A stretch of 64,000 bases of DNA from Macrostomum hystrix (taxonomy: Eukaryota; Animalia; Platyhelminthes), in the NCBI GenBank assembly GCA_950097015.1, contig CATNEN010000012.1:124001-188000 (forward strand), in the 5' to 3' direction. Of the stretch, positions 1 through 14,430 are shown in pieces. Position numbers and translations under genes: made by a program. The first letter of the stretch is position 1, and the number at the start of each line of letters is the position of its first letter. The notes under the pieces were generated by a model that saw only the letters and a program-made list of their open reading frames with translations, was not told where the DNA came from and made no database searches.

Positions 1-797
1 AATGAATGACCAGATCGAATGAATGACCACATCAAATGAATGACCATATCAAATGAATGACCAGATCAAATGAATGACCAGATCAAATGAATGACCAGAT
101 CAAATGAATGACCAGATCAAATGAATGACCAGATCAAATGAATGACCAGATCAAATGAATGACCAGATCGAATGAATGACCAGATCGAATGAATGACCAG
201 ATCAAATGAATGACCAGATCGAATGAATGACCAGATCAAATGAATGACCAGATCAAATGAATGACCAGATCGAATGAATGACCAGATCAAATGAATGACC
301 AGATCAAATGAATGACCAGATCAAATGAATGACCAGATCAAATGAATGACCATATCAAATAAATGACCAGATCAAATGAATGACCATATCAAATAAATGA
401 CCAGATCAAATGAATGACCAGATCAAATGAATGACCATATCAAATAAATGACCAGATCAAATGAATGACCAGATCAAATGAATGACCATATCAAATAAAT
501 GACCAGATCAAATGAATGACCATATCAAATAAATGACCAGATCAAATGAATGACCAGATCAAATGAATGACCAGATCAAATGAATGACCAGATCGAATGA
601 ATGACCAGATCAAATGAATGACCAGATCGAATGAATGACCAGATCAAATGAATGACCAGATCAAATGAATGACCAGATCGAATGAATGACCAGATCAAAT
701 GAATGACCAGATCGAATGAATGACCAGATCAAATGAATGACCAGATCAAATGAATGACCAGATCGAATGAATGACCAGATCGAATGAATGACCAGAT
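1..797. repeat. Minisatellite, 17-bp unit AAATGAATGACCAGATC, ~47 copies, truncated by window start
   Basis: Direct head-to-tail periodicity with few variants (ATCG/ATCA, CCAT/CCAG). Confidence 0.97.
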
Positions 798-1249
798 TGA
801 ATGTATTATTAGCAAGATAGATGGAAAAGATTTCAGAGCTCGCGAGATCAGGACCCGGTTGTGCGTGCATTCTGATTCAAGCTGGCTAATGCAATCAGCC
901 GGGGCTGGCTGTTATTTTTACACGCGCGCGAATTAAAGTAGTTGTCACACTTCATCGTGGAATTTGATTCCCTGAATGAAAAGCGGATGCTGCCAGAGAA
1001 GCCAAGTGGAAGGACAGCCAAAGTATTGGGATCGGGCTAAGAAGCCAATTAATAGACTTAGCCGCGAGTTCTTCCTTTGTGCTGAAACCAACAATTGCTA
1101 TATGATGTACTGCATGAATAAAAACTGAACTAGAGAACTTTAGCGAACCCTTACTGTTTATTTCAATATACTCGTATACTCGTATAGATATGTCTTTCTG
1201 ATTGGCGTGTAGTCCATGGTGTTTTTCTATGCTTTCTATGGTTTGGCAC

Positions 1250-1660
1250 CTATCCCACTCCTGCACCCACCCACTCCTGAAACCACCCCACTCCTGCAAC
1301 AACCCCACTCCTGCAACCACCCCACTACTGCAACAACCCCACTCCTGAAACCACCCCACTCCTGCAACCACCCCACTCCTGCAACCACCCCACTCCTGCA
1401 ACAACCCCACTCCTGAAACCACCCCACTCCTGCAACCACCCCACTCCTGCAACAACCCCACTCCTGCAACCACCCCACTCCTGCAACAACCCCACTCCTG
1501 CAACCACCCCACTCCTGCAACCACCCCACTCCTGCAACCACCCCACTCCTGCAACCACCCCACTCCTGCACCCACCCATTCCTGCAACTACCCAACTCTT
1601 GCACCTGCACCACTCCTGCACCCACCTTAATCATGTACCCACCCACTCCTGCACCCACCA
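1250..1660. repeat. Minisatellite, 17-bp unit CCCCACTCCTGCAACCA
   Basis: Direct periodicity; generates the QEWGGCRSG pseudo-ORFs. Confidence 0.95.
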
Positions 1661-1772
1661 ATGAAAATCATATATTGATTTGATTTATTTGTTATTGGTA
1701 TCGAATTGAATTTGGCCCTCCTTTCCGAATAATGAAATGAGAGTAAATTTTTTCTGAATCTGAAGGGCTCAC

Positions 1773-1864
1773 TTCTTGGCCGGATCGGCATCGGCCTGGC
1801 AGACGAACAGAGCGGCCAGGGCAGCGATTGCCAGAGCTTGAAGCAGGCGGTAATGATTCATCAT
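1773..1864 (-). CDS. Probable first coding exon of a secreted protein (signal peptide); downstream exons not identified
   Basis: Minus strand reads MMNHYRLLQALAIAALAALFVCQADADPAK: basic N-region, hydrophobic core, A-D-A cleavage-type motif, followed by a GTGAGC donor (phase 2). Confidence 0.55.
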
Positions 1865-2088
1865 TGGCGCAGTCTAGTTAGTTAGTATTTTTCAAGGTGA
1901 CGACCGCGGTGGATACGGGAGTACCTTGAAAATTGCATTCGTTTAGTCAGATTAGGTCAGATTTACACTTGCGATACTACATTACGATTCTTACGAGTAA
2001 TACGAAACACACTAGTTAAAATTCTCTCAAAAAGATAGGGTGCTTGAACGTTTAGGACTCTAAAAAGTAAACAGGAGACACGAGATTT

Positions 2089-2473
2089 GTTAGAAAGTTG
2101 TGAGGAGTTTGGGCACTGGATGCATTAGAAAGTTGTGAGGAGTTTGGGCACTGGATGCATTAGAAAGTTGTGAGGAGGTTGGGCACTGGATGTATTAGAA
2201 AGTTGTTAGGGGGTGGGCACAGGTGTTAGAAAGTTGTGAGGGGTGGGCACTGGAGGTGTTAGAAAGTTGTGAGGGGTGGGCACTGGAGGTGTTAGAAAGT
2301 TTTGAGGCAGTGGGGCACAGGAGGTGTTAGAAAGTTGTGAGGCAGTGGGGCACAGGAGGTGTTAGAAAGTTGTGAGGCAGTGGGGCACAGGAGGTGTTAG
2401 AAAGTTGTGAGGCAGTGGGGCACAGGAGGTGTTAGAAAGTTGTGAGGCAGTGGGGCATAGGATGTGTTAGAAA
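2089..2473. repeat. Minisatellite, ~35-bp unit GTTAGAAAGTTGTGAGGCAGTGGGGCACAGGAGGT
   Basis: About 11 diverging copies. Confidence 0.93.
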
Positions 2474-4034
2474 TTTGACAGGACCCGCTAGATAGAATGA
2501 AACTTTTATTTGTAAGTAAAAGTACTTAGAAGCAGTTAAATTATTTCTCATTATGCAACGCTTGACTTATAGATGTGCAGGTGAGGTTTTCGCTTGAATG
2601 ATTAAACTTTAGAATGGCCTAGCCTAAAGTTGAACTTTTAAGATTTCAAATTTTAACTGCAGAAAATCGAGTAAGGCGTCGCCAAAGAGTTCGTCCGAGT
2701 AGGGCTTTGATTTTTTCTAGACTGAGCTAACCTTTGTGACCGGTTTTCCATTCTGCAGCAGTTTGCGAGGCGTTGCAGCCGCATCGGATGGAATCGAAAT
2801 TAAGAGAATTCAATCATAGCCAGAAGATTGCAGGTCCCACGGATAAGGTGGATGGATATTGGGGTGGAGACGCCCATCAGAGGGCTGCGGATAGGGACTG
2901 CGAGATCAAGATTCTTTGATGGGGAGGCAGATAGCCAGTTTTGGTATTTTCGGGGCGAGAGAAGAGAAAGTGGACAGCGGGCGGCAGGTCCTGGTTGGGT
3001 CAACAGATAATATTTTCGCATCGCTGGTTGCAGCTGCTAAAACTCGGCGAAGCGGCTCCGTTTGCGACCCCTTGGCCACCCCTCCCCCCACCAAGTCAGG
3101 ACCATTTCGTACCGATTGCGGTGGCCGGCAAGAAATTCGGCCCAGAGATAACAGATCCGGCGAGCAACTCCCCGCCCCAAAGCTAGCTCCACCTTCTTCT
3201 CTTTTTTAGTTCTCAAAAAATCTGAGCTCGATCTGTTGGATCCACTTTGGTCGCATATTCTCCCCCCCGGAAAGTTCCTCTAAACAGGCATTGACCACCC
3301 TGTGCTCTGAGGACTATGCTCAAACGCGGATAGCCTGCTCAATCGAAGCCTTCCGGAGCATCGGGGCCTCTACTCAAACCGACTCTCCATCGCTTTTTCA
3401 AAATGGATCTCTCGTTGGGACGAAGCAGATGAGGAAAGTAGCGGTCACGATAGGGCAGTGAAACGGAAGGAAGCAAAAATGAGAATGAACCAATCCGTCT
3501 TATACACACGAAGTTTCTGATGATATGCTCAGAGCTCTACTCAAAGCCCAACCAACTGGGATCTAGTAAAGGGAAGAATTCGGCCTTGCGTCCGACCCAA
3601 GCCATTGTCTGAACAGAATTCCTGTCTGTCACAATTAATCTTTGATGTTGTCAGCCATTGTTCCTAGATGGCAGTGGGGCAACGCAAGACAAAAAAAAAC
3701 AACTCATTCCGCTTGCTTTCGGCAAATGATTTTCCAATCGTGCTCTGGAGCTGGTATGTAAGCTGGTACCAGAGAATGGTATCTAGGTCAGCGGGCTGCG
3801 AGGCGGTAGGGGCTAATTACGTGAAGCCTTCAATTCGAAGTCACGGCTACGCCAACAGCAAGCTGAGTGCGAATTCTGATTCGATTGTCTGATGCGTGTG
3901 TGTGTGTGCGTGTCACCTGACACTCACTATAGGATTCGTGCCTAGTCCCGCTGCCTAATTACATATGCATGCTTGATAATTATGCTTAGCTATTCACAAT
4001 ATTTATTTGTACACTTTACCTCGCTTCCACATCT

Positions 4035-4700
4035 CTTTATCTATCTGCCAATCTACCTTACTATCTATCTGCAAATCTAACATAATATCTATCTGCCAAT
4101 CAACCATTCTATATATTTGAAAATCTACAATTCTATCTATCTGCAAACCTAGCACTTAATCTATCTGCAAATCTACCTTACTATCTATCTGCAAATCTAC
4201 CATACTATCTATCTGCCAATCTACCATTCTATCTGCCAATCTACCATACTATCTATCTGCAAATCTAACATACTATCTATCTGCCAATTTACCATTCTAT
4301 ATATCTTAAAATCTACAATTCTATCTATCTGCAAACCTAGCACTCAATCTATCTGCCAATCTACCATTCTATATATTTGAAAATCTACAATTCTATCTAC
4401 CTACAAACCTAGCACTCAATCTATCTGCAAATCTACCTTACTATCTATCTGCAAATCTACCATACTATCTATCTGCAAACCTACCACTCAATCTATCTGC
4501 AAATCTACCATACTATCTATCTGCCAATCTACCATACTATCTATCTACCAATCTAACATTCTATCTGCCAATCTACCATACTATCTATCTGCCAATCTAC
4601 CATAATATCTCTCTACCAATCTACTATTCTATCTCTCTACCAATCTACCATCCTATCTATCTGCCAATCTACCATTTTATCCATCTACAATCTATCTACA
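4035..4700. repeat. Degenerate minisatellite, ~24-bp unit CTATCTATCTGCCAATCTACCATA
   Basis: Recurrent ATCTATCTGC(C/A)AATCTAC core. Confidence 0.85.
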
Positions 4701-5482
4701 CACAAGCTAATCTATTTCTATTCATTAATCTTCCAAACCATCGGCGCGGGCACAGTTTAGAAATCCGATTTCGATTTCGCTTGCCAGACACATATTCCCC
4801 ATTCCCCCATGTCGTCTCAAATTAGAGAAAAGATATGTAGAAAATTCGATTTCTAATCATTAATCCTAGGATTAAGGATGGAAAGATCTGAAAGGTTGTT
4901 AGAAAATGTAACAGCTGCCTTGACAGTCATGTGACTTTTAGGCCAGAGTCCCAACCGCCACTTTGTCGCGTCTCGAAGCATTTTCTGACAGCTAAAAATC
5001 TGATTAAAAAACTCAAATACCATTCGTTGAGCTGGTTGCACTCTGAACACAACAACCAAGTATAAATAGCTACTTTCCAAGATCCTGACTCCTACTCTGA
5101 ATCGATGCAACTAGGAAACATTTTTGACCAACTTTTCAGACGTAAAAAATGTATCCTTGTCGCGCAAGGTCACTTGAGATGCACACTCGAACCATTCCAC
5201 CGTCAAACTAACCCGGGACAGGGCTACTCAAACTTTGAGCATCTCTTCGCTTGGCTAATTAAAGCCGGTTTTTGTCTCTCATCCGGCTTGCAAAAATTTC
5301 AGCTGTGAGCTCTGCCTTAGAGTTAAAATTGAAATTATATTTAAGTAAATTCACTCAGCTGTAAAATGAGTTCCAGCATTAGCTCCCCAGTCCATGGACT
5401 GAACAGCTGTACCTTTGGAAGCGCTGCGGTCTTCTATTTGGAATCTATTTTCGATGGATTAGCAGTAAATTGACACCGCATC

Positions 5483-6510
5483 GACTGTGGATTGACAGTG
5501 GATTGACAGTGGATTAGCCGTGGATTGGCTGTGGATTGGCTGTGGATTGACAGTGGATTGGCTGTGGATTGACAGTGGATTGGCTGTGGATTGACAGTGG
5601 ATTGGCTGTGGATTGACTGTGGATTGGCTGTGGATTGGCTGTGGATTGGCTGTGGATTGAATGTGGGTTGACTGTGGGTTGACTGTGGGTTGACTGTGGA
5701 TTGGCTGTGGATTGGCTGTGGATTGGCTGTGGATTGGCTGTGGATTGACTGTGGATTGGCTGTGGATTGGCAGTGGGTTGGCTGTGGATTGGCAGTGGGT
5801 TGGCTCTGGATTGCCAGTGGGTTGACTGTGGGTTGACTGTGGATTGACTGTGGATTGGCTGTGGATTGGCTGTGGATTGGCTGTGGATTGGCTGTGGATT
5901 GGCTGTGGATTGACTGTGGATTGGCTGTGGATTGACTGTGGATTGGCTGTGGATTGACTGTGGATTAGCTGTGGATTGACTGTGGATTGGCTGTGGATTG
6001 ACTGTGGATTGGCTGTGGATTGCCAGTGGGTTGACTGTGGGTTGACTGTGGATTGACTGTGGATTGACAGTGGATTTTCTGTGGATTGACTGTGGATTGG
6101 CTGTGGATTGCCAGTGGGTTGACTGTGGGTTGACTGTGGATTGACTGTGGATTGACAGTGGATTTTCTGTCGATTGACTGTGGATTGGCTGTGGATTGCC
6201 AGTGGGTTGACTGTGGGTTGACTGTGGATTGACTGTGGATTGACAGTGGATTGGCTGTGGATTGACAGTGGGTTGACTGTGGGTTGACTGTGGGTTGACT
6301 GTGGATTGACAGTGGATTGGCTGTGGATTGACTGTGGATTGACTGTGGATTGACTATGGATTGACTGTGGATTGGCTGTGGATTGGCTGTGGATTGACTG
6401 TGGATTGGCTGTGGATTGACTGTGGATTGGCTGTGGATTGACTGTGGATTGACTGTGGATTGGCTGTGGATTGGCTGTGGATTGGCTGTGGATTGGCTGT
6501 GGATTGACAG
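5483..6510. repeat. Minisatellite, 11-bp unit GTGGATTG(G/A)CT
   Basis: Direct periodicity over ~1 kb. Confidence 0.97.
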
Positions 6511-7191
6511 AGGATCGGCTGTGAATTGTCTAATGGAAAATAAAAGCTTATTAATGAAGCTGTCATTATCAGTGTCCAGTCTAGCTGCCCCAATTCACCG
6601 AAGAATTCAGACAGCGGCTTCTCAAAGTTCTCAAGTTCTTATCGTTAGAGATTCACAAAGTGACAAGGATTTGGTAGTGACAGCTTCATTACCTTCGCAG
6701 CTTCACGACTGGGATGAAGATATTTCCTAATTAATCAGCTGTCAGCTTCAGTTGGGAACTAAAAACGATTGCAACAACAGAAATTCTCGCAAACTTATCT
6801 ATTTGAACCGATTTCTAACCGCTTTAGCACAGTAAACCTAAAAAAATATAGTTTTGTTACACAGTAAACTAACACAGAAACTAAAAAAATATGTCGAATC
6901 ATTCTATCCAGATCCCATTGACCACCTGTATAATATGATTGACGTGTTAGCAATTGATTTGGGGAGTTTTTACAATTCACTGCACACTGCGTCAAAGCGA
7001 CACAAATCACATTGAGAATGCGATATTCGCCATTCTGTATGATTAGCTGCAGAAGCGAATTGGATGTGTGCCAGTGCCATACCTATCGCAGAATTTACAT
7101 TACATTACGTTGAACAGTTTCAGTGTCACGCTTGATACTAATGCAGCATTAAAATTAAAATTATTCAAGATACTGTCACTTCTAGGTACTG

Positions 7192-8688
7192 CTACAGAAA
7201 CAGAAAACAGAAAACAGAAAACAGAATACAAGATACAGAATACAGAATACAGAATACAGAATACAGATACAGAATACAGAATACAGAATACAGATACAGA
7301 ATACAGAATACAGATACAGAATGCAGATACAGAATGAAGATACAGAATACAGATACAGATACAGAATACAGATACAGAATACAGAATACAGAATACAGAT
7401 ACAGAATACAGAATACAGAATACAGATACAGAATACAGAATACAGAATACAGAATACAGATACAGAATACAGATACAGAATACAGAATACAGAATACAGA
7501 ATACAGAATACAGAATACAGATACAGAATACAGAATACAGAATACAGAATACAGATACAGAATACAGATACAGAATACAGAATACAGAATACAGAATACA
7601 GATACAGAATACAGATACAGAATAAAGAATGCAGATACAGAATACAGATACAGATACAGAATACAGATACATTTACAGAATACAGAATACAGATACAGAA
7701 TACAGAATACAGAATACAGATACAGAATACAGAATACAGAATACAGAATACAGATACAGAATACAGAATACAGAATACAGAATACAGATACAGAATACAG
7801 AATACAGAATACAGAATACAGATACAGAATACAGAATACAGAATACAGAATAAAGAATACAGATACAGAATGCAGATACAGAATACAGATACAGAATGCA
7901 GATACAGAATGCAGATACAGAATACAGATACAGAATACAGAATACAGAATACAGAATACAGATACAGAATACAGATACAGAATACAGAATACAGAATACA
8001 GATACAGAATACAGAATACAGAATACAGAATACAGAATACAGATACAGAATACAGATACAGAATAAAGAATGCAGATACAGAATACAGATACAGATACAG
8101 AATACAGATACAGAATACAGAATACAGAATACAGATACAGAATACAGAATACAGAATACAGATACAGAATACAGAATACAGAATACAGAATACAGATGCA
8201 GAATACAGAATACAGAATACAGAATACAGATACAGAATACAGAATACAGAATACAGATACAGAATGCAGATACAGAATGCAGATACAGAATACAGATACA
8301 GAATGCAGATACAGAATGCAGATACAGAATGCAGATACAGAATACAGAATGCAGATACAGAATACAGAATACAGAATAAAGAATGCAGATACAGAATGTA
8401 GATTCTGTAGATTGAGATACAGAATACAGACAGAATACAGATACAGAATACAGACAGAATACAGACAGAATACAGACAGAATACAGACAGAATACAGATA
8501 CAGAATGTAGATTCAGATACAGAATACAGACAGAATACAGACAGAATGCAGATACAGATACAGAATGTAGATTCAGATACAGAATACAGACAGAATACAG
8601 ACAGAATACAGACAGAATACAGAATACAGACAGAATACAGACAGAATACAGAATACAGACAGAATACAGAATACAGACAGAATACAGA
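7192..8688. repeat. Compound microsatellite (ACAGAAT)n/(ACAGAT)n
   Basis: Mixed 7- and 6-bp units; source of the YRIQNTE and SVFCIL pseudo-ORFs. Confidence 0.97.
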
Positions 8689-9253
8689 TGCAAATATTGG
8701 ACCAAGACTCCCGAGCAAAGCAGATGAGCCTTACCTGGCTGGCTGGGTTGCTAGGCAGTCTCAGTAGTCGGGATCCGAGCAGAGTGGCGGAGGAACTGTC
8801 GCGACAGTGGAGCTCCCTAGTTATGCAATTTCAGTTGGCCAATCAAAGGCTAGCTACCCGGACAGGGCCTTAAAAAGCTAAGAGCCAGGTCTTGACAGCG
8901 CCTGGGGCTGCTGAGTTGAGTCGATCGTTGGCCGTGGCAGGCCTGTAGTTGACGAACCATGATGAATGAATCAGAAAAAAATAAGAATTCTTTTTATTCT
9001 TGAAATTGCTTTGAGCAGTTTCAGTTTTTTAACAGACTTTATCAGTCAGAGACATGACATTGCAACTTTTGGACATAGATGGAGCTGCCTAGCTCACACG
9101 TTTTTAGCTGACGCAAATCTGTCAAAACAAGCCGGCTAATTTGAGTCGCCCGACAGAACAGTCGCTTGTTGCTGCTGCTGCTGTTGCTGTTAACTCTCTG
9201 CTCCTTCATCAGCGAATCTCCCCGTAAAACTGATTATCTCTCACGTCTACTAA

Positions 9254-11135
9254 ACATCTCCCTCTCCCACACACCTCCCTCTCCCACACACCTCCCTCTC
9301 CCACACACCTCCCTCTCTCACACACCTCCCTCTCCCACACACCTCCCTCTCTCACACATCTCCCTCTCTCACACATCTCCCTCTCCCACACACCTCCCTC
9401 TCCCACACACCTCCCTCTCTCACACACCTCCCTCTCCCACACACCTCCCTCTCTCACACACCTCCCTCTCCCACACATCTCCCTCTCTCACACATCTCCC
9501 TCTCCCACACACCTCCCTCTCCCACACATCTCCCTCTCTCACACACCTCCTCTCCCACACATCTCCCTCTCCCACACACCTCCCTCTCCCACACACCTCC
9601 CTCTCCCACACACCTCCCTCTCCCACACACCTCCCTCTCTCACACACCTCCCTCTCTCACACACCTCCCTCTCTCACACATCTCCCTCTCCCACACACCT
9701 CCCTCTCTCACACACCTCCCTCTCTCACACATCTCCCTCTCTCACACATCTCCCTCTCCCACACACCTCCCTCTCTCACACATCTCCCTCTCCCACACAC
9801 CTCCCTCTCCCACACACCTCCCTCTCTCACACACCTCCCTCTCCCACACACCTCCCTCTCTCACACACCTCCCTCTCTCACACATCTCCCTCTCCCACAC
9901 ACCTCCCTCTCTCACACATCTCCCTCTCCCCACACACCTCCCTCTCTCACACACCTCCCTCTCTCACACACCTCCCTCTCTCACACATCTCCCTCTCCCA
10001 CACACCTCCCTCTCCCACACATCTCCCTCTCTCACACACCTCCCTCTCTCACACATCTCCCTCTCCCACACACCTCCCTCTCTCACACACCTCCCTCTCT
10101 CACACATCTCCCTCTCCCACACACCTCCCTCTCTCACACACCTCCCTCTCTCACACATCTCCCTCTCTCACACATCTCCCTCTCCCACACACCTCCCTCT
10201 CTCACACATCTCCCTCTCCCACACACCTCCCTCTCCCACACACCTCCCTCTCTCACACACCTCCCTCTCCCACACACCTCCCTCTCTCACACACCTCCCT
10301 CTCTCACACATCTCCCTCTCCCACACACCTCCCTCTCTCACACATCTCCCTCTCCCACACACCTCCCTCTCCCACACACCTCCCTCTCTCACACACCTCC
10401 CTCTCCCACACATCTCCCTCTCCCACACACCTCCCTCTCTCACACATCTCCCTCTCCCACACATATCCCTCTCTCACACATCTCCCTCTCCCACACACCT
10501 CCCTCTCTCACACATCTCCCTCTCCCACACATCTCCCTCTCCCACACACCTCCCTCTCCCACACATCTCCCTCTCCCACACACCTCCCTCTCCCACACAT
10601 CTCCCTCTCCCACACACCTCCCTCTCCCACACATCTCCCTCTCCCACACACCTCCCTCTCCCACACACCTCCCTCTCTCACACATCTCCCTCTCCCACAC
10701 ATCTCCCTCTCTCACATCTTCCTCTCTCACATCTCCCTCAATCTCACATCTCCCTCTCACATCTCCCTCAATCTCACATCTCCCTCAATCTCACATCTCC
10801 CTCAATCTCACATCTCCCTCAATCTCACATCTCCCTCTCCCACACATCTCCCTCAATCTCACATCTCCCTCTCTCACATCTCCCTCTCCCACATCTCCCT
10901 CAATCTCACATCTCCCTCTCTCACATCTCCCTCAATCTCACATCTCTCTCTCACATCTCCCTCTCTCACACCTCCCTCTCTCACATCTCCCTCTCTCACA
11001 CCTCCCTCTCTCACACCTCCCTCTCTCACACCTCCCTCTCTCACATCTCCCTCTCTCACATCTCCCTCTCTCACACCTCCCTCTCTCACATCTCCCACTC
11101 TCACATCTCCCTCTCTCACATCTCCCTCTCACACA
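9254..11135. repeat. C/T-rich minisatellite, 17-bp unit CACACACCTCCCTCTC(T/C), grading into 15-bp CACATCTCCCTCTCT
   Basis: Direct periodicity; source of the 657-aa SHTPPSLTHL pseudo-ORF. Confidence 0.97.
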
Positions 11136-11814
11136 TTAGTCCCTCATCAGCACATATTGAGAACAATATTTTATTCTAAAAAGCATCTCATTATGGCATC
11201 ATGAATTCTGGCAGTGCCGAATCCTGAAATCGTGATATTTAAGCCAATATTTTCGTCGCTTTCAATCAACTGAATTGTTCGATTGCCTGCCAACTGGAAG
11301 CCAATCCGAGAACCGGTTCAGAACTAAAATCCGCAGCCAGATATCCAGTTGCCGCGCCTGAAATCCGAGTTACTTTGAAATCCCAAAACTAGAGGCGTCA
11401 GAAATCCCACCATTAGGATATAAATTTCCCCCATTCATTTTGTCTAGTCACGTTCCCGGCTTTCAATTCCCAGTTCGCGGCTGAGAACGCGTTCCCAGAA
11501 AATTCACGAGAATAGTAAAACAAAAAATAAAGAAAGATGAGAAGTGAAATGGGTTATTAGATTCCCATCAAACTTTGATAAGTTTTTTCTTACAGTGGAA
11601 AATGCGAGTAGTTGTTAAAGAGAATTTACTCAAATTGCGGAAATACCCCGGCGAAGCTGACAAACAATGGAAAAATCGCAAAGAATTCGGGCATTTAAAT
11701 ATAGATCAGCCACGATGGTTTGACGGTGCGTTTAAACACGCCACCAAATTACCGACACAGAGCAGAAACTGCTCTGCTCTATCCTGAGCCTCATTAACTA
11801 TTTCATACTACTAT

Positions 11815-12335
11815 ACCTCTCCGTATCGTCTCCATCTCCGTCTCCATCTCCTTCTCCGTCTCCGTCTCCATCTCCGTCTCCGTCTCCGTCTCCATCTCCG
11901 TCTCCGTCTCCGTCTCCGTCTCCGTCTCCGTCTCCGTCTTCGTCTCCGACTCCGTCTCCGTCACCGTCACCGTCTCCGTCTCCCTCTTCATCTCGCTCTC
12001 CCTCTCCCTCTTTATCTTCATCTCCGTCTCCGTCTCCGTCTCCGTCTCCGTCTCCGTCTCCGTCTCCGTCTCCGTCTCCGTCTCCGTCTCCGTCTCCGTC
12101 TCCGTCTCCGTCTCCGTCTCCGTCTCCGTCTCCGTCTCCGTCTCCGTCTCCGTCTCCGACTCCGTCTCCGTCTCCGTCTCCGTCTCCGTCTCCGTCTCCG
12201 TCTCCCTCTTCATCTCGCTCTCCCTCTCCCTCTTTATCTTCATCTCCGTCTCCGTCTCCGTCTCCGTCTCCGTCTCCGTCTCCGTCTCCCTCTTCATCTC
12301 ACTCTCCCTCTCACTCTTTATCTTCATCTCCGTCT
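11815..12335. repeat. Microsatellite (TCCGTC)n
   Basis: Hexamer array with interruptions. Confidence 0.96.
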
Positions 12336-13959
12336 TTTTGATCTCGTCAGCCAGGCCACTCTCCCATATTCTTTCCGAGCCGGTTATATTTACTTTATAA
12401 TCAAAATTATGGGCCGCAATCGCAGCAATTGTAAGGCCTGAAGTTGTTGAAGCGATTCGGCTCCCAGAAGGGTGAAAGAGGGAAGCATGAGGTGGCGGCG
12501 GTTGAGGTTAACCCCAGAGTTAATAAAACGGTTCACTGAAGCCTGTTTGACTGAGTGAGGCCAGAACTCGGCGGTGCTAGTTTTTATTATTTGTCAGAAA
12601 TAGTCGAGCGCAGCTGACAAATGACTTGCTTTAGAGTCCCAAACAGCTCTCTCTTCTCTGACACTCAGGAATATCGCTGAAGAGGTTATTACTTCCTCTG
12701 TGACATTGGTGATGGTGGCTGGTCAGCGGTGATTAATGCCAGCTCCGATCGCTCCCTCCCTCTCTGGCTGTCTCTTATTTATTCGATTTGCCTATTTTAG
12801 GCAATCGGAGTTCGAACTAAGAAAATATTCCAACTTATTTATTTCTCTCTTTTTCTTTTTTTTAACGATGATGATTGGCTAAGAAATTAAATAGATTTGA
12901 ACTCTCTTACTGAAAGGTCGAGAGTTCCACGGACTGAACATCCACGCAGCATTTGGACGCACCACGCAATAGCTGCGTCTGGCAATTGGTAGAATTGGTA
13001 GCATGATTTATCGAGGAAACAAGTAGCACGTTTTTAGGGAGTAGTATGATTTATTGAGAGGTAGAACGATTTAGCGAGTGGTTGCATGATTTGTCAAAGG
13101 GGTAGCATAGATTATCTAGGGGGTAGCATTATTTTTAATCAAGATACTGATAAAAACTTTCGTAACTGCACAGATATTTCTATGCAGGTTTAAGCTCCTC
13201 TGAGGGGGGCATAGCTGCTAGTCAAGTATACTAAATATGAATCAATATGTCATAATTCCTTTGTTACCTGCTAAAGGGTTTTATTGATTAATTGTGTTGT
13301 ACCTGTGGTATCGTGGGACACACAATTGGTAAAATAACCAAGACTGGAAACACTAAGACTCAGAAAGGGTTTTACCGGCCTCAACGCTGATGCTTCCTAG
13401 CAGTGGAGCAACCGGTTAGTCAGGCTTGGGATTGCTAAGTTTTCACACAGGGGTTAACTTCAGGGATCCGGAATTCTCTAAGTCCTAGGTAATCTTAGAC
13501 TTTGTTCACAAATAGCGTATCTTCGTCACAAGGACTGGATACAAAACCTTGTAGCAGTGTCTTCAAAATTAAGTTTCTTACTCAAAGCACCAAGGAGGCA
13601 AAAGCCACAAAAGCATGAAGAAAAAAAGAAACTTAGGTGTGCGACTAGAGTACACGAAGTGAAATACCACAATGCTAACACAATCCGGTGTATTCGTCGG
13701 ACTGTGCTCTACTTATAGTAGGAGCATTTGAGCGATGTTCTGCCAGTCTTCTTCCGAACCGAAGCGATTGCACCATGGCGTGCAATGTGACTCAGTGCGC
13801 AGACAGCTGGAACGAGAGAGAGAAAGAGGAGGGGGTGGCGAGCGGAGGTGAGTGTGCACGGGTAACCACAGACCTCCAACTCCCAAGCCCTCCCACAGCA
13901 CCAGGGCAGTGCTGACTCCACAGATTGCATGGAGGCAGCTCAGCAGACTACAGCACATC

Positions 13960-14430
13960 AACTGCTAAAGGGGTTCATTGATTTCCTGCTAAAGGGGTTC
14001 ATTGATTTCCTGCTAAAGGGGTTCATTGATTTCCTGCTAAAGGGGTTCATTGATTTCCTGCTAAAGGGTTCATTGATTAACTGATAAAGGTTCATTGATT
14101 TCTTGCTAAAGGGGTTCATTGATTAACTGCTAAAGGGGTTCATTGATTTCCTGCTAAAGGGGTTCATTGATTTCCTGCTAAAGGGCTCATTGATTAACTG
14201 CTAAAGGGTTCATTGATTAACTGCAAAAAGGGGTTCATTGATTTCCTGCTAAAGGGGTTCATTGATTCATTGATTAACTGCTAAAGGGCTCATTGATTAA
14301 CTGCTGAAGGGGTTCATTGATTAACTGCTAAAGGGGTTCATTGATTTCCTGCTAAAGGGGTTCATTGATTTCCTGCTAAAGGGGTTCATTGATTTCCTGC
14401 TGAAGGGGTTCATTGGTTACCTGCTGAAGG
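13960..14430. repeat. Minisatellite, 24-bp unit CTGCTAAAGGGGTTCATTGATTTC
   Basis: Direct periodicity; a solo degenerate unit also occurs near 13268. Confidence 0.94.

Noticed and set aside
2800-3600. GC-richer non-repetitive segment resembling a retroelement remnant
   Set aside because: No RT, endonuclease or integrase motifs were recognised in the frames examined; only short ORFs.
7068-11139. Long ORFs (e.g. 507-508 aa SVFCIL, 352-355 aa YRIQNTE, 657 aa SHTPPSLTHL)
   Set aside because: They are translations of stop-free micro/minisatellites, open in several frames and on both strands.
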